The notes below the pieces were generated by a model, which saw only the letters and a list, made by a program, of their open reading frames with translations, was not told the DNA's origin and did no database searches. The position numbers were made by a program, and so were the translations under genes. DNA of 64,000 nucleotides from Octopus bimaculoides (taxonomy: Eukaryota): positions 14,810,728 to 14,874,727 of the forward strand of contig NC_068998.1 in assembly GCF_001194135.2 (NCBI RefSeq), written 5' to 3'. Shown piece by piece: positions 13,242 through 27,002 of this stretch; the first letter of the stretch is position 1, and the number at the start of each line of letters is the position of its first letter.

Positions 13242-13666
13242 GCGAAACATATAATCGAATGCGTAACCCGTGTATGTTGGACATTTTCAGTGCAATTTTA
13301 TTAAAAATTATAGTTGGCATCCATGTGTGAATTTAATTAATTCAATTCAAGCTCCCAGTTAAATTGAAGAATTGTATTTTTTTTATTTCTCTCTTTTTGT
13401 TACTTGTTTTGTTTTTTTTTTTTGTTTTTTTTTNNNNNNNNNNNNNNNNNNNNNNNNNNNNNNNNNNNTTATCATTCTCTCGTAAATGTTATGTACTGGC
13501 ATGACGTTTTATGGATTGATTAAAGAGGCTGAAACAGAAATTGGTATTATTCACTCATTGGTAGTTTTAACGTCAGGTCTCTTATAAATGATTTTTAACT
13601 TCGCAAGCTTTCGTTGGTTTTGCTTATTATCGTAAATAACAGGCACGATGATTGAGATTCGTGTAC

Positions 13667-13714
<48 letters not shown>

Positions 13715-13732
13715 TACATATATATTCTTTGT

Positions 13733-13790
13733 ATTCTTTTACTCGTTTCAGTCGTTTGACTGCGGCCATGCTGAAGCACCGCCTATGTAG
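13733..13790 (-). mobile_element. 3' end fragment of SINE family A
   Basis: tttcagtcgtttgactgcggccatgctgaagcaccgcc is the reverse complement of the family A 3' module. Confidence 0.75.
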
Positions 13791-13824
13791 ATAGACAGAA
13801 GGATTGATAGGTACACTGGTAAAC

Positions 13825-13829
13825 AGAGG

Positions 13830-13889
<60 letters not shown>

Positions 13890-13937
13890 GATAAATATAA
13901 ACATGCATGATTGTATAGTAGCTATACACACACACAC

Positions 13938-13981
<44 letters not shown>

Positions 13982-14130
13982 ATATATATATGTATATATA
14001 TATATGTATGTGTAGGTATATATATATATATATATAATGTATGCGTGTATGTGTGTATATATTTGTATATGTGTGTGTGTATGTGTCTATATGTATATAT
14101 ACTTATATACATTTATGTGAATATGCACTT
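13825..14130. repeat. (AGAT)n and (TA/TG)n microsatellites
   Basis: Direct periodicity. Confidence 0.9.
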
Positions 14131-14543
14131 CTTTATTTTACTTGTACCTTCCCTCACACTTGCACCCCTGTATGTGTATGTGTGAGTGTATGCAAGTTCT
14201 TTTCTGTGTGTGTATACGTGTGTTTTGTGTACGTGTGTATGTATATAGATGTGTATGACAGTATATCCTTGTGTTAAGTGTATACGTTTTTTCTATCTCT
14301 TGTAAATTTATAATCATTTTCTCCTTCATATATTCGTTTCTGTTCCTACTTCTTCTCTGGTTGTCTCCCCTACCCTGGGCTAATTTTTGAGTAAGGTCTC
14401 TTGAATACACGGGCCAGTCTGTGATCGATGTCTTTTCCTTGTTAAATTCCTTTTTGTTTTCTCTCTGCTTGCATGTACATTTTTACTTAACTATTGTAAC
14501 TTTTTTCAAACATAGCCTTGCATATTACTTTTCAGTCTCGTGT

Positions 14544-14613
<70 letters not shown>

Positions 14614-16974
14614 GGAGTTACGACGCAAAAACGTATAAATTCAAATGAACATATCTATCTTCTTCAATATATATTTCAGTATAAAGAATTCATTAAGAGA
14701 CTTAAATCAAAATTTCTTCACTGTCGTTTTTTTCTGCTATTTTGGTGATGATTTTTTGAGTTAGCGTACTAATTATTGTTGTTGGTAGTTAATTTATAAT
14801 ATATTGATATATATATATATATATATAGTTTTAGGGAAAAGAACCAAGGTTTATGAACTCATCGATGAAAATCCACCGTCACATATACAAAAAAATTAAT
14901 ACTTAAAAGCACAATAAAAAAGTATAATATAATATAAAGTAAATATATGATCGAGATAATTATCTTGAACTTGTGTTTAACTGCAACCTATTTCATTGAA
15001 TCCTTAATGATAAAAGGCAAATTCAACTTTGATCCCATTGGAACTCAACGTAAAACCGGAAGAAATGTCACTAATAGTTTTGTACAACGTATTAACTTTT
15101 CTGCCAGTTCGCCCGCCTTATATCTTTTGTTGTAATCATGTTAAGTTCAGAGAAAAGAAAATGGTTTCTGAGTAAATGATAACTTACATAAATACACAGT
15201 TGAGCACAGTGTTTATGACATCAGATATGTTTTGGAACAAAATATATCGTAGTTAAAACAAAGAGTTAGGAAAATTGGCTCGTTATAACAAGATATCCGT
15301 ATACTGCAATTAGTAAAATATTGATATCATTAGAGTGAAAGAATAGGCGCGGGCTAAATACCATCATATTTAAGATGAACAGTGCTTAATATCACTGATT
15401 ACTTTTTAGTTATAATCTTATAGACATAACGGTAATTGTTTTGATTCTATGTACAATTTGCTCTGGGGTATGTGTGTGTGTGTGTGTGTGTGTGCGTGTG
15501 TGTGCGTGCGTGTGTGTGTGTGTGTGTGATTGTTTAAGAAGTGTTGACATTTAAATGGCAATAAATGTGTACTCTACCAAAACATTCAGTACTCCTGCAC
15601 TTGAATGTAAAATTGTTTTATTCTAACTTGACAGGAAAAAAATAGAGATATATACATATATATGGGTGGATGGATGGATGGATGAATGGATGGATGGGTG
15701 GATGGCTGGTTGGATATACATATATGAATATGTCTATATATATATGTTTTTATGTATATATTCAGATATCTGTTTGCATATATGTGTATATATGTATATG
15801 CATATAGTTAAGGTAACAGAAATGCTTGTTGGAGTGTATTTTGATTTGTGTACGTGTGTATGTAAGAGTTGCATATATGTTTGTGCGCATCTTTGTAAAT
15901 GTATCGTTTTGGAATGTATGTGGTGTAGAATGTTCCTTTCGTTATCGAAAAAATTGAAAAAGTTTGTGTATCTTATTGGCATTATAATGAACAAAAATTG
16001 TATTTGTTCAAACCTCTGTTAATCAGATTGACTTTATTCTTTTATTACAAGGTTTTATGACCTAAGGCATTTTGGTTAAAACAATTGATTGTGAAAATGC
16101 TTAGTTTAATCTAAGATCAAGGAAGATATATACAGGTAAACTCAAAATTTTAGTATCATTTTTATAAGTAGTTTGTTTCATAAATATTCTTTAAAACCAT
16201 TTGCGTTTGAAAAGATCGTCTTTGCGTAATAGTATTGTTTTTATTATAACGCAATTATCCAAAGTTTAATCGTGGTTCATATTTTTTTTAAATTAAATTT
16301 TCTATCCATTCATTCGTTCATTATCTGTTCTTGAATCTGAGCCTTTATAATTTGAAAATAATTTTATGTTAGGTACATTCGTTCCTACATACACTGCTAC
16401 ATCTCCTCTAAGTGTAATTTGGTGGTGTTCTCATAACAGATTTACTGTCTTGGTACCGACATTCATTCACGTAGTGATAACATAGCTTGACCGATGTAGT
16501 TTTTCCGGCACACAACATGATATTACATGGATGAAATTATTAGTTTTAAGTATAGCTCTCTTTTCCGTTAAGCGCGCATATATGTTATGTGTGAGTATGT
16601 GTGTGCGTGTGTGTGTATATTACACATAAACATATCCATAAATCTACCCATATACACACAAACACACATGCACGCATGGACACGGACACACATATAAGTT
16701 AAATGTGTAACGTGCTATACAATACTTATCTCATTAATATATCAGTGGATATACAGTATAACTCGGACCATTAATTATATAGCTGCTTCAATTCGCATGG
16801 ATTATCTTTAACACCTGGATGATGAAGAATATTTATGTATTCCTTCGGTGTATCTTATCAGAATGCTATACGTGAAGGAGCGATAAAGTTAATTGCCAAT
16901 ATATTTCAATAATCACAACTCATTATAAATACAGACATGCCTACACTCACATGTGTATAGATAGATATACGTTA

Positions 16975-17918
16975 AATATACTCTCCAAAGAGCTCAAGTT
17001 TACACCCACCTCAACACCCCAACTACAACGAAATGAAAGAAGACGTTGCGGAATTCTGTAGAAAATTACGCCTCACCAAGGGACTATTTGACAAATACAA
17101 TGAGGACGAATCGTTAGCCCGAAATAGAAGTAACTACATCCGTTCAAAAGTTAATAACAAAATTCCTGACTACTTCTGTGAATACATCACGAATCACCCA
17201 TATCACCATATACACAAATATAAACACAAGCCAAACTTCGGCAAAAGGAGAATGGGCTGAGCTGAAGAGATTAACGGATGATAAAACTATAACAATCAAA
17301 GAGGTTGATAAAGGCAGTGCAGTTGCCTTAAGATACACAGTATACTATGTAACTCTAGTACTATCCATATTCGAAGACACAACATATTATGATAAGGTGC
17401 AACACTACAGTCAGCAGAAAATAATGAAAAACCTAAAGATTATGTTAAACCTATACAGAGAAGAGCTCACCGACAAGGAATACGACTATATGACTAACTT
17501 CAAAATTAAATCCGGTAAATACGGTATTTCTAAGATACACAAAAGTGAGAAAATAAGTAAGGCATGCGGGTGAGCCACAGACATAATAACATAAAATTCA
17601 AGGTAACCACTCTTAATGACGTTAAAATTAAGACCTATAATAGCAGGTCCTGCATGCGAAACCCGCCACCTCAGTAACATTTTAGATACCTTCTCAAAAC
17701 CATTTCACAGTTATATCAAAAGCTAGCATAGGAACGACCTGGATATGCTGAATCACCTTCCTGAAACAATGATTAAAAACACCCTACTGGTATCCTTCGA
17801 TGTAGTCAAACTCTATTCTAATATCCCCAAAGCGTTGGAACAGAGGAGATCTAATTCTGGCTAGAGAATTACTCCAACGGACTCCCACACTACATCAAAA
17901 AAGAATTCCTCACACAGA
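16975..17918 (+). mobile_element. Penelope-like element, N-terminal half of the RT region, degenerate
   Basis: LKFTPT, EFCRKLRL, ITIKEVDKGSAV, YGISKIHK, RPIIAGPACETRHLSNILD, LVSFDVVKLYSNIP, FWLENY are characteristic PLE RT-region motifs; stops and frameshifts present. Confidence 0.88.
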
Positions 17919-18070
17919 CCTGTCATCGAAACGTACGATATTGGCTGTACCAATCTCATTCTGTTTCAGGTTTAGAGTAACTCGGACTGCACTATCTAAG
18001 ATCTTCGTTAGAATGCAATTTGAAGATGATTTGGTTATTATTTATATAATATCAATCATTTTTAAATAGG

Positions 18071-18161
18071 ATGACGGCCGCTGAGACGCTGTTTCTTACT
18101 TTATTAGTTTATGTTGGAACTTTCGTCGTCCAAGCCGATTTAGAATCGAATAACAAGTCAA
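18071..18161 (+). CDS. Candidate first coding exon encoding a signal peptide (MTAAETLFLTLLVYVGTFVVQA|DLESNNKS), unverified
   Basis: Non-repetitive; hydrophobic core and a V-Q-A cleavage motif; preceded by tag|G ATG; possible phase-1 donor A|gtagat. No homolog recognised. Confidence 0.3.
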
Positions 18162-18227
18162 GTAGATGGAAAATTGTATCGCAATTTTAATATCTGTAAA
18201 AAGATATGAAAATGTCTCTCTTGCTAT

Positions 18228-18420
18228 GTGAAGAAGTGTGACCTGGTGATTAGGTTGTGTTACTCACGATCTTAATGTGATGTATTCGGAATTTAGACGG
18301 GATTACGAGTTGTATCTTTCAAAAAGGCACTTTATTTCATGTTATCCCTGTCGACTCAGCCGAATGTTCGCACCACGCTCTCTCCCCCCAACTGCCAAGG
18401 CTGAAATGTCTTAGCTTGCT
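18228..18420 (+). mobile_element. Degenerate SINE family C copy
   Basis: gtgaagaagtgtgacctggtgattagg...aaggcactttatttcatgtt..ctcagc aligns with the reverse complement of 60851-61170. Confidence 0.5.
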
Positions 18421-19521
18421 TACGACTATATTGGTACTTAAAAGATCCAGCAAAGTTATGATATACGCTACCAGAATAGTGACGCTATAGTTTCTTGGTC
18501 TCTTCTTACGTGAAAAGGTAAATGAGGTCAGACAGTCAACATCGTAAATTAAACATTCTCTCTTTAATTGGCGAATAACTAGTTAGTGCTTTCTTTACAT
18601 ATATATTTTAATGAATCTTTTACAACTCAGTCCATTTTATTTGTTTTCTATATATANNNNNNNNNNNNNNNNNNNNNNNNNNNNNNNNNNNNNNNNNNNN
18701 NNNNNNNNNNNNNNNNNNNNNNNNNNNNNNNNNNNNNNNNNNNNNNNNNNNNNNNNNNNNNNNNNNNNNNNNNNNNNNNNNNNNNNNNNNNNNNNNNNNN
18801 NNNNNNNNNNNNNNNNNNNNNNNNNNNNNNNNNNNNNNNNNNNNNNNNNNNNNNNNNNNNNNNNNNNNNNNNNNNNNNNNNNNNNNNNNNNNNNNNNNNN
18901 NNNNNNNNNNNNNNNNNNNNNNNNNNNNNNNNNNNNNNNNNNNNNNNNNNNNNNNNNNNNNNNNNNNNNNNNNNNNNNNNNNNNNNNNNNNNNNNNNNNN
19001 NNNNNNNNNNNNNNNNNNNNNNNNNNNNNNNNNNNNNNNNNNNNNNNNNNNNNNNNNNNNNNNNNNNNNNNNNNNNNNNNNNNNNNNNNNNNNNNNNNNN
19101 NNNNNNNNNNNNNNNNNNNNNNNNNNNNNNNNNNNNNNNNNNNNNNNNNNNNNNNNNNNNNNNNNNNNNNNNNNNNNNNNNNNNNNNNNNNNNNNNNNNN
19201 NNNNNNNNNNNNNNNNNNNNNNNNNNNNNNNNNNNNNNNNNNNNNNNNNNNNNNNNNNNNNNNNNNNNNNNNNNNNNNNNNNNNNNNNNNNNNNNNNNNN
19301 NNNNNNNNNNNNNNNNNNNNNNNNNNNNNNNNNNNNNNNNNNNNNNNNNNNNNNNNNNNNNNNNNNNNNNNNNNNNNTCATATCATCTTTATACATTTTG
19401 TATCATCTTCCGAAAGCAATTTACATCTCAACGCTTCTCTTTACTTGAATATATACCTTTCACATGGTCATTGTCACAATCTTACTTTAAATTATTGCAT
19501 ACATTTCTCTGTTTGTGCGCG

Positions 19522-19582
<61 letters not shown>

Positions 19583-19599
19583 GTGTGTGTGTGTGAATT

Positions 19600-20880
19600 A
19601 GTAAGACACATTGATAAAGCTGCCATCAAGTTTAGAATGAAAATCTGTGCCAATGGTTCGATCTTAACAGATGGCGCTGTAAAACGGCAGAAACGAGAGA
19701 TTGTACAGCAGCAATTATTAATGATAAAGAACCGAGACAATGATGGTACTAACAAAAGCCAAACCAATATGGTTTCTGGGTGTACTAGTATTTCCCATTT
19801 TCATGTACGCATGCAAAATAAGGACTCACACTTCAGCAATGATTCAGTGAACGACACTGGTATTAGAACTGAGTTGCTACCGATATATGTTAGGAAACGC
19901 ATTCCCGGATCTCACCTCACAAGCGCAGTTTCTCGAAACCAGCCACCATCACATTGGTTTCGTTGAAGATCTTAGAACGATGAAAGATAGAAAGGTAAGA
20001 TTTATGACCAGGTAGCAAGATCCAGTGCCCTTGTAAAATCCAATTTTCAATAAACCATTGTGTAGGGAAGAAAGCATAGTAAGTAGAAACTGATTGAAAT
20101 GGTCATGAAATGAACAGGAAATTGATTAATAAAGACACGAACTCTGTCACATAGCTACAGCAAATAAAGAAAGCTAGTGTGCAATATGTCACGATGCCTT
20201 CCTAAGATTACATCGGAGGTTGAATCCTCTAACTAAGGTCAACACTGTTAGAACTTTTATGATTCAATCGACTGTACGCAGTTGAATATTTACGTCGAAG
20301 CGTTCATAGAAGTGTTCAGCTCAATTTTTCCTCTGCTCCAATGCTTTCATAACTGTGAAAAGAGTAGTCCACAAATGCGGACGAAGAGGAGGAATTACAA
20401 GGTTCTGTCCAAACATTTTAAACGCGAAAGTTTCATTTGTAATTTTATATCTATCGCGCTGTATAGAGTCGAAACCTGGCAAAATATCCTAAGCAGAATT
20501 GTAAATATTAGTTACCAGAATATTGTGAGCAACAAAGAACACAGAGCCAAAATCATGCCGGAAACTGTTGCCGAACAAATAAATGGTGAGGGGTTAATGC
20601 AGACGAATAGGCCTTGTGTTTATAAGACCAGAAAGTTGTTTGACAAGGGAAGCCCTGAAATAGAAAAGAAATGAAAGACAGATTACCTGAATATTATTCA
20701 GCGGAGTTTGGCCGAAAGGTAATTGTAGAAGGAAGTAATGACATAGAATTAAGTGATAAAATTACTGAATGCGTTGGGAAACTGGTGGAGAAAAGCTATT
20801 TCCATCAAGGATTCAGATTTGCCATGATGATGATAATAATGATAAAGACGACGATGATATATCAGAATTTTATTTCATCA
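19600..20880 (+). mobile_element. Highly degenerate RTE-type LINE relic (late RT and 3' end)
   Basis: HIDKAAIKFRMKI and GSILTDG..KREI (19.6-19.7 kb); ALYRVETW and RIVNISYQNIVSNKE (20.4-20.6 kb); (gat)n-like tail near 20825. Confidence 0.45.
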
Positions 20881-21369
20881 ATGAATGTGTAATAGAATTT
20901 GAAGAAAACTCTTAATGAAGAATATATGATAATTTCGATATCTGCAAGTCGTTCCCATTTGAAATTAAAGAGATTAGCAAAACATGTTTAATAGATAAAC
21001 ATAGATGCAAGGAGATGAAGCGAATACTTAACAATCTTGCTCAAGAGGCGAGATAATATTTAGTAATGTTTGTAATTTACTTCCACCATATTCAATGACT
21101 TTCAGGTACTGAAGCCGGATATCAAATAGCACACACTCCGATTTTAAAGGACCGGTATAATTAAACTGGTGAAAATTTATCGGGATTCCAAAAAGGCTTC
21201 ATTGTATGTCAGGTAGATAGCATTATTTATAAAGAGCGGTGAGTTAATTATATGTATGAGCCATCTGAACAAATCAAATGTATTTCACTATAAATTACAT
21301 TTTAAAGAAATTCACGAGATTCAGTCACAGCAGATAAGATTCAATATATTATATGTTTGACTGCAATAT

Positions 21370-21620
21370 AACCATAACTCGAAGGCAGCCGAAACAAGAA
21401 CAGCCAGTCCGTAATCTATCCAATAATCTTAGAGTAAGTAGACTAAAAATGTATTTGAGGAAGACTAAGATCAGTTGGCAATGAAAGATAAGGTGGCTCT
21501 CCTGAAAGTCTGAATTGTGGTAAAATGCTTCACTCCTACTTCCGATTCCAAACCGGAAAGTGGGTTTGTTCAATTCAGGCGACTGTGCACAATTTTGTTC
21601 CAAATATGCCATCAGTCAAT
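21370..21620 (-). mobile_element. Possible Tc1/mariner-group transposase C-terminal relic
   Basis: CAQSPELNK resembles WP.QSPDLNP; the rest is weak. Confidence 0.25.
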
Positions 21621-22996
21621 GGAGGTGGGGTTCTGCTCATACTGGTTTTCTTGTGTGATATCGTGTCAGAGTTAGAGCTTGTTGATTAGATGGAATAAAT
21701 AATTATCTTCCTAGAAAAGTAATTCTATCATTGGCATGATGCAGTTGTGCGGAACAACTGGTTGTGCATCAGAAAAAAATGTCTTACAATATCTATCTTT
21801 TCAGTATTTTAATTTAAATTACTGCTTGGGTCAGGTTTTGCCTTTCATTCTGACACGGAAATTAATTGCTATCTCAGACATTTACCAGATTCAATTTAAT
21901 CGGTTTTCCAGCCCTAAAGTGAGTGTCCTTATTTAGCTATATATCACTAGGATCGCCTCTGAGAGAATTTCCCTCAGTTGCAGTCGCGGTTCAACAAATT
22001 GATAACGGAGAGAAAGAAGACATTTAACATTTTAATTAACCGGTAGTTTTCTTTTTCTTTTTACTTTCCTATTTTAATATGTTCCACAATTCAATCTTCT
22101 ATCAGTATGTTCTCCTCCTGATATTTTCATTCTTTTCTTCTGATTTCTCTCATTTTGTTTTTATATTTCTCTTATCCATCATTATATCTTTCTCTATTTT
22201 TTACTGAAGTTTTCTTTGTTATATTCATTTATTACAACCAGTTTCATATTCATTCCCCATCTAGCAATTGAGAACAGGGTCGTTCAATATTTCGCCTCTT
22301 ATCAATAGATTTTGTTTAATTTATATGGTTTTATTTTTACCCATAATCAAACGTAGACTGATTTCTGCACTTAACAAGAATGGCTGTTTAGATCTATATC
22401 GTTATGTGCATAGAAAAAATGTGAACTTCTTGAAACAGTTTCATATGATTTTTGTCTGTTGTTAACATACTGAGCACGAGAACCTCTTCAGACAATTTTT
22501 GTCAGTGAGAAAGAAACACGCAAAAGTATTTCAACATCTGCATAACGTAGGTAATGTTTCATCGCTACAATAGTTAGAACGTGTATCGTTACTACACAGA
22601 ACTTTTTTGATAATTATTAATGCTTGCACCAAGGCCTTCTCTGATCAAACAATCTAGTCATCATATGCGTTCTATCACTCACCAGCCAGTCTTTTAGAAG
22701 TCTCTAGGACAACATTACTGTTAATATCGGTTATAACATTTGTACAGTTCCATTTGAAGGAAAATTGGATGATGGTTTTAGCAAGAGAGATGCAGCAACA
22801 ACGTGGAGGTGCCCTTGTTGGTTCGATTCCTTTGTAATAATACAAATGCGGCTGTGACGTATTAGAAATTGTGGAATGCCTGACAAAGTATTTTAACGAA
22901 TATAGTCTCGTCTCTGCGTAGCTGAATTCACTTTTCATATTTCCAGTATCAATAAAATATACGCGAGTATACTAGTATACAATCATTTATATATAC

Positions 22997-23045
<49 letters not shown>

Positions 23046-24154
23046 NNNNNNNNNNNNNNNNNNNNNNNNNNNNNNNNNNNNNNNNNNNNNNNNNNNNNNN
23101 NNNNNNNNNNNNNNNNNNNNNNNNNNNNNNNNNNNNNNNNNNNNNNNNNNNNNNNNNNNNNNNNNNNNNNNNNNNNNNNNNNNNNNNNNNNNNNNNNNNN
23201 NNNNNNNNNNNNNNNNNNNNNNNNNNNNNNNNNNNNNNNNNNNNNNNNNNNNNNNNNNNNNNNNNNNNNNNNNNNNNNNNNNNNNNNNNNNNNNNNNNNN
23301 NNNNNNNNNNNNNNNNNNNNNNNNNNNNNNNNNNNNNNNNNNNNNNNNNNNNNNNNNNNNNNNNNNNNNNNNNNNNNNNNNNNNNNNNNNNNNNNNNNNN
23401 NNNNNNNNNNNNNNNNNNNNNNNNNNATATATATATATATGTGTGTGTGTGTATGTATATATATACACACACACACCTATATGATCATATATCTGTATGT
23501 ATGTTTCTTTGTTTGAGCGTGCGTGTGTGTATTTATATGTGTGTGGGTATGTATGTAAACAAAACTATAAAAGATATTTCGGATCGTTTTAAAATGATTG
23601 TAAAATCTTTAAAATTTCAATTTCAATACATTTTAATTAAATGTCACTTTTATTGTACATTCTAAGTTCTTTCTTTTCTCAAAATATACAGTTCTTTCTC
23701 GTTATATTTTGTCATTCACTGCAATCATTTCCTCACTAAATTATTGTTTCTGTCTTAAACTTCTTCATCATTTCTTTGTTATGCTCACCAGTCTAACTAG
23801 CGTCAACTTTCGTTGTCATGACAATGTTGTTATTGCTACTATCATTTTATATCTGGTCAGAAAAATGTTGTTCATATATATAGCAAGGTAAGCAAAGGAA
23901 AGTATTTTAATATTTGACTATTTTATAACGCTTGATTTTTCACATAAACTTTGAAAGTTATATCATTATTTATCGGTTTCGATTTTTACTTTTACATGTG
24001 TGCAAAAGCTATCTCACTAATTTCGTTGCTTTTCGTTTCCTTTACATACTTTATCGTTTTACAAATTTCTATCTTTCTTAAAAATTGAGAAAATATGTGT
24101 TGCTTCTAATCTTTCTTGGGTAGCATATGGCCTATAATAACAGACACCTACCAA

Positions 24155-24300
24155 TTCCCGGAGAAAGGTCGTTGCGATGTCTCTTCAGTCATTTTATGTT
24201 TTGCGTTCAAATCTTGCGGGTGTAAACTTTACGTTTCTTCATTCAGGATCGATAAAATAAAGTACTTGTGAAGTATTGGAGCGTATAGTAACGACTATTA
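24155..24300 (+). mobile_element. Degenerate SINE family B copy
   Basis: gcgttcaaatcttgcgggtgtaaactttacgtttcttcattcaggatcgataaaataaagtac. Confidence 0.55.
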
Positions 24301-24439
24301 TTTATGTTATATATATATACATACATACATATACAAACATCTACATAAATTCATATTGAAAGTAATTGAAACTGAAACCATATAATAGCGAAAGTATTAA
24401 TAGAAAGGTTATTGTTTCACTTTTGACACGTAATACGGA

Positions 24440-24635
24440 AACAGTGTACGAGATAAGAGATTGCTCCGGCTTCGCATTCGTCAAGGAATTGAAAATTTGG
24501 GGGGGGGGGTATGACACTGTATGGACCCTAAGTAAGGTGTGTATAAAATTTGAATGAAATCCGTTGGGTAGTTGTGGAGTTTTAGTTATGCACACATAGA
24601 AACAAACAGACACACACTCTCAGCTTTATATATAT
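24440..24635 (-). mobile_element. Short Helitron-like element, same family as 12074
   Basis: The reverse complement tatatatataaagctgagagtgtgtgtctgtttg...cccaacggatttcattcaaattttatacac...tagggtcc aligns with 12074-12190. Confidence 0.6.
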
Positions 24636-24672
24636 ATACATACATACATATACAAACATCTANNNNNNNNNN

Positions 24673-24722
<50 letters not shown>

Positions 24723-25034
24723 TATATTATATTATACATACATATTAACACTTTACGGTATACTTACATATATGCATTCATCTATACAGCGATATAAATC
24801 AACAGGAATACTAATGGGAGGCCATAATTCACGAGAAGAGAAAACTAAAAGTTTTCATGAATTCATTTAAAAATTCCTAAGTAGAACTTATTATTATTAT
24901 TAACTTCGCCTTTAAAACTATTTTGAATGGTGAATTTGTTAACTTCGGCTTGTATTAAGTTTTGCTATTCATTAATGTTGCTAAATTTTCTACAGCCACC
25001 TTCACATTTCATGACTACCATTGGTATCGATCAA

Positions 25035-25305
25035 GCAAGGATTCTGGATTATATTTCCGGGTTTTTTTTACTTAATTTTTGAGAGCGGTCGGGTTCAATT
25101 TTTGTACTCTCGTTTGTGAGTGCAGTCGATTTTATTTCAGATATTCTCATTTCAAAAATCATCTCTGGTTAATCATTGAGAGGACGTCGGTGTCGCAGAC
25201 TAGCAGCTTGTTTGAGTTTCGTCATTTTTTACCACGGTTGGATTGCTGAAGGCTTTCTCTTTCAGACTGTCCGTTGTTGGGGTTGTTTTATGTCATTGTT
25301 AAGAT
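25035..25305 (+). mobile_element. 5'-truncated copy of the Helentron/HINE-like repeat also present at 62273
   Basis: Shared ggattctggattat...cgggttcaatttt...ttttatttcagatattctcattt.aaaaatc..ctctggttaat. Confidence 0.7.
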
Positions 25306-25314
25306 TTACTGTAA

Positions 25315-25582
25315 GTGGAGGCGCAATGGCCCAGTGGTTAGGGCAGTGGACTCGCGGTCATAGGATCGCGGTTTCGATTCCCAGACCGGGCGTTGTGAGT
25401 GTTTATTGAGCGAAAACACCTAAAGCTCCACGAGGCTCCGGCAGGGGATGGTGGCGAACCCTGCTGTACTCTTTCACCACAACTTTCTCTCACGCTTACT
25501 TCCTGTTTCTGTTGTGCCTATATTTCAAAGGGTCAGCCTTGTCACACTGTGTTACGCTGAATCTCCCCGAGAACTACGTTAA
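25315..25582 (+). mobile_element. tRNA-derived SINE, family C variant, 3'-truncated
   Basis: A-box tggcccagtggttagg, B-box ggtttcgattccc; 3' module tttcaaagggtcagcc...gagaactacgttaa shared with the 60851-61170 copy. Confidence 0.8.
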
Positions 25583-27002
25583 TTGAGGTTAACTCTACAA
25601 GATCATCGTCGAATCAGAGAAGGCTTTTATTCCTAATCTGCTTGTCATAATGAAACCTTCTCTGTAATTTCTTCTGCATTTGCTTTCATGCTGACTAAAG
25701 ATGTTCTTCATCTTGCACGTTACTTTCAGAGAAGTAGAGCTGTTTAACTTTTGTTGTGACTAATTTGTAATTGATTTTATACATCGTGAATATAAACCAG
25801 GCTACGTTACTTCAAATCAATAGTACATATGATGGTGTAATGTTTGAAGGAGAATAAAGGCGAAATTAAATTTTGCAAGGCGATACCTACTTTACGCCAT
25901 CGGTCATTCAACATGGATTCTAAATTCTACTTGATTAGTGGAATATTTCAGTTTAGTTATACTTTAATGTTGACGTTCAGTTTATTCAAATGAAATCAGT
26001 CGGACCACAGTTCTGAAAGATGAACAGAATTGAATAAAAGAAACTAGATTTTACGAGAAGTGAAGATAATCAATTTCATTAATGGAGAAAATGTTATTTA
26101 CACTATCGCAAAAAAAAATGACTTACAAATTCGAAAAATTTATAAGAGAAAAATTATGCTAAAAAAGATGTATAATGGAATGTAGAATATTCTACAAGCT
26201 GGAGATAGCTGATACATTGCTTAGTATGTTGAATTTTACCTCCCGTGATGAAGCAAGAAATATGTGTTCTGCATTAACAGCAGTCGAGATCTGATTATTA
26301 AGATTTATTTTATAGAGAGTTTTATCATTTATTTTCTCTGTCCTTGAGCGTGTTATTAAGTGTGTCATATACAAAGTCATTGTCCAGTATTTGAGTTTTA
26401 TTTCAAGCAGTAGGTTTCATTTGAACGATTTCCCAAATTCTTATTCCATAGCCATTCTGATTTACGATATCCATGTAATCGCGCATTATATTTAAAATAA
26501 TTTCCTTATCATAGATATCATTCTGCATTATATATTGGTTGATCTCACCACTTATTTTTAGTTTATATTAGAGCAATTTTCCTACGTTTTCGGAGAGCCA
26601 AATTTCCTTTAACCGTTATGAAATTGTTAAAGAATGAAGAAAAACGTTATCATTTCTTCTGTGCTTTCTGCACTATGCATTAAAACCCCCACGTAAAACG
26701 AGAGATCGTTGGCGATTATTTCACACTTTACCTGCATGTATTATTGTTTATTCGCGTCATTTCATGTACTCGCATCATTTCGCATCTGCAAATAAGAGTG
26801 GATATGAGTACTCATGTAGAAAGCTTCCATATTTCATGTACGAATTTCGTAGTTGTTCAATACTTAACACTAATTTCACTTCTCAAACGAGAATTACATT
26901 ACTGAACCATTGATTCAGTAAACATCTAGAAACTAAAGAACCGAAGTATGCCACACATTTTCCATAATAATACATTATAGTTGTCTTTAAAGTATGATTA
27001 TT

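Noticed and set aside
14280-14500. Minus-strand fragment resembling an RTE GRP-region 3' end
   Set aside because: Similarity is too weak to support by eye.
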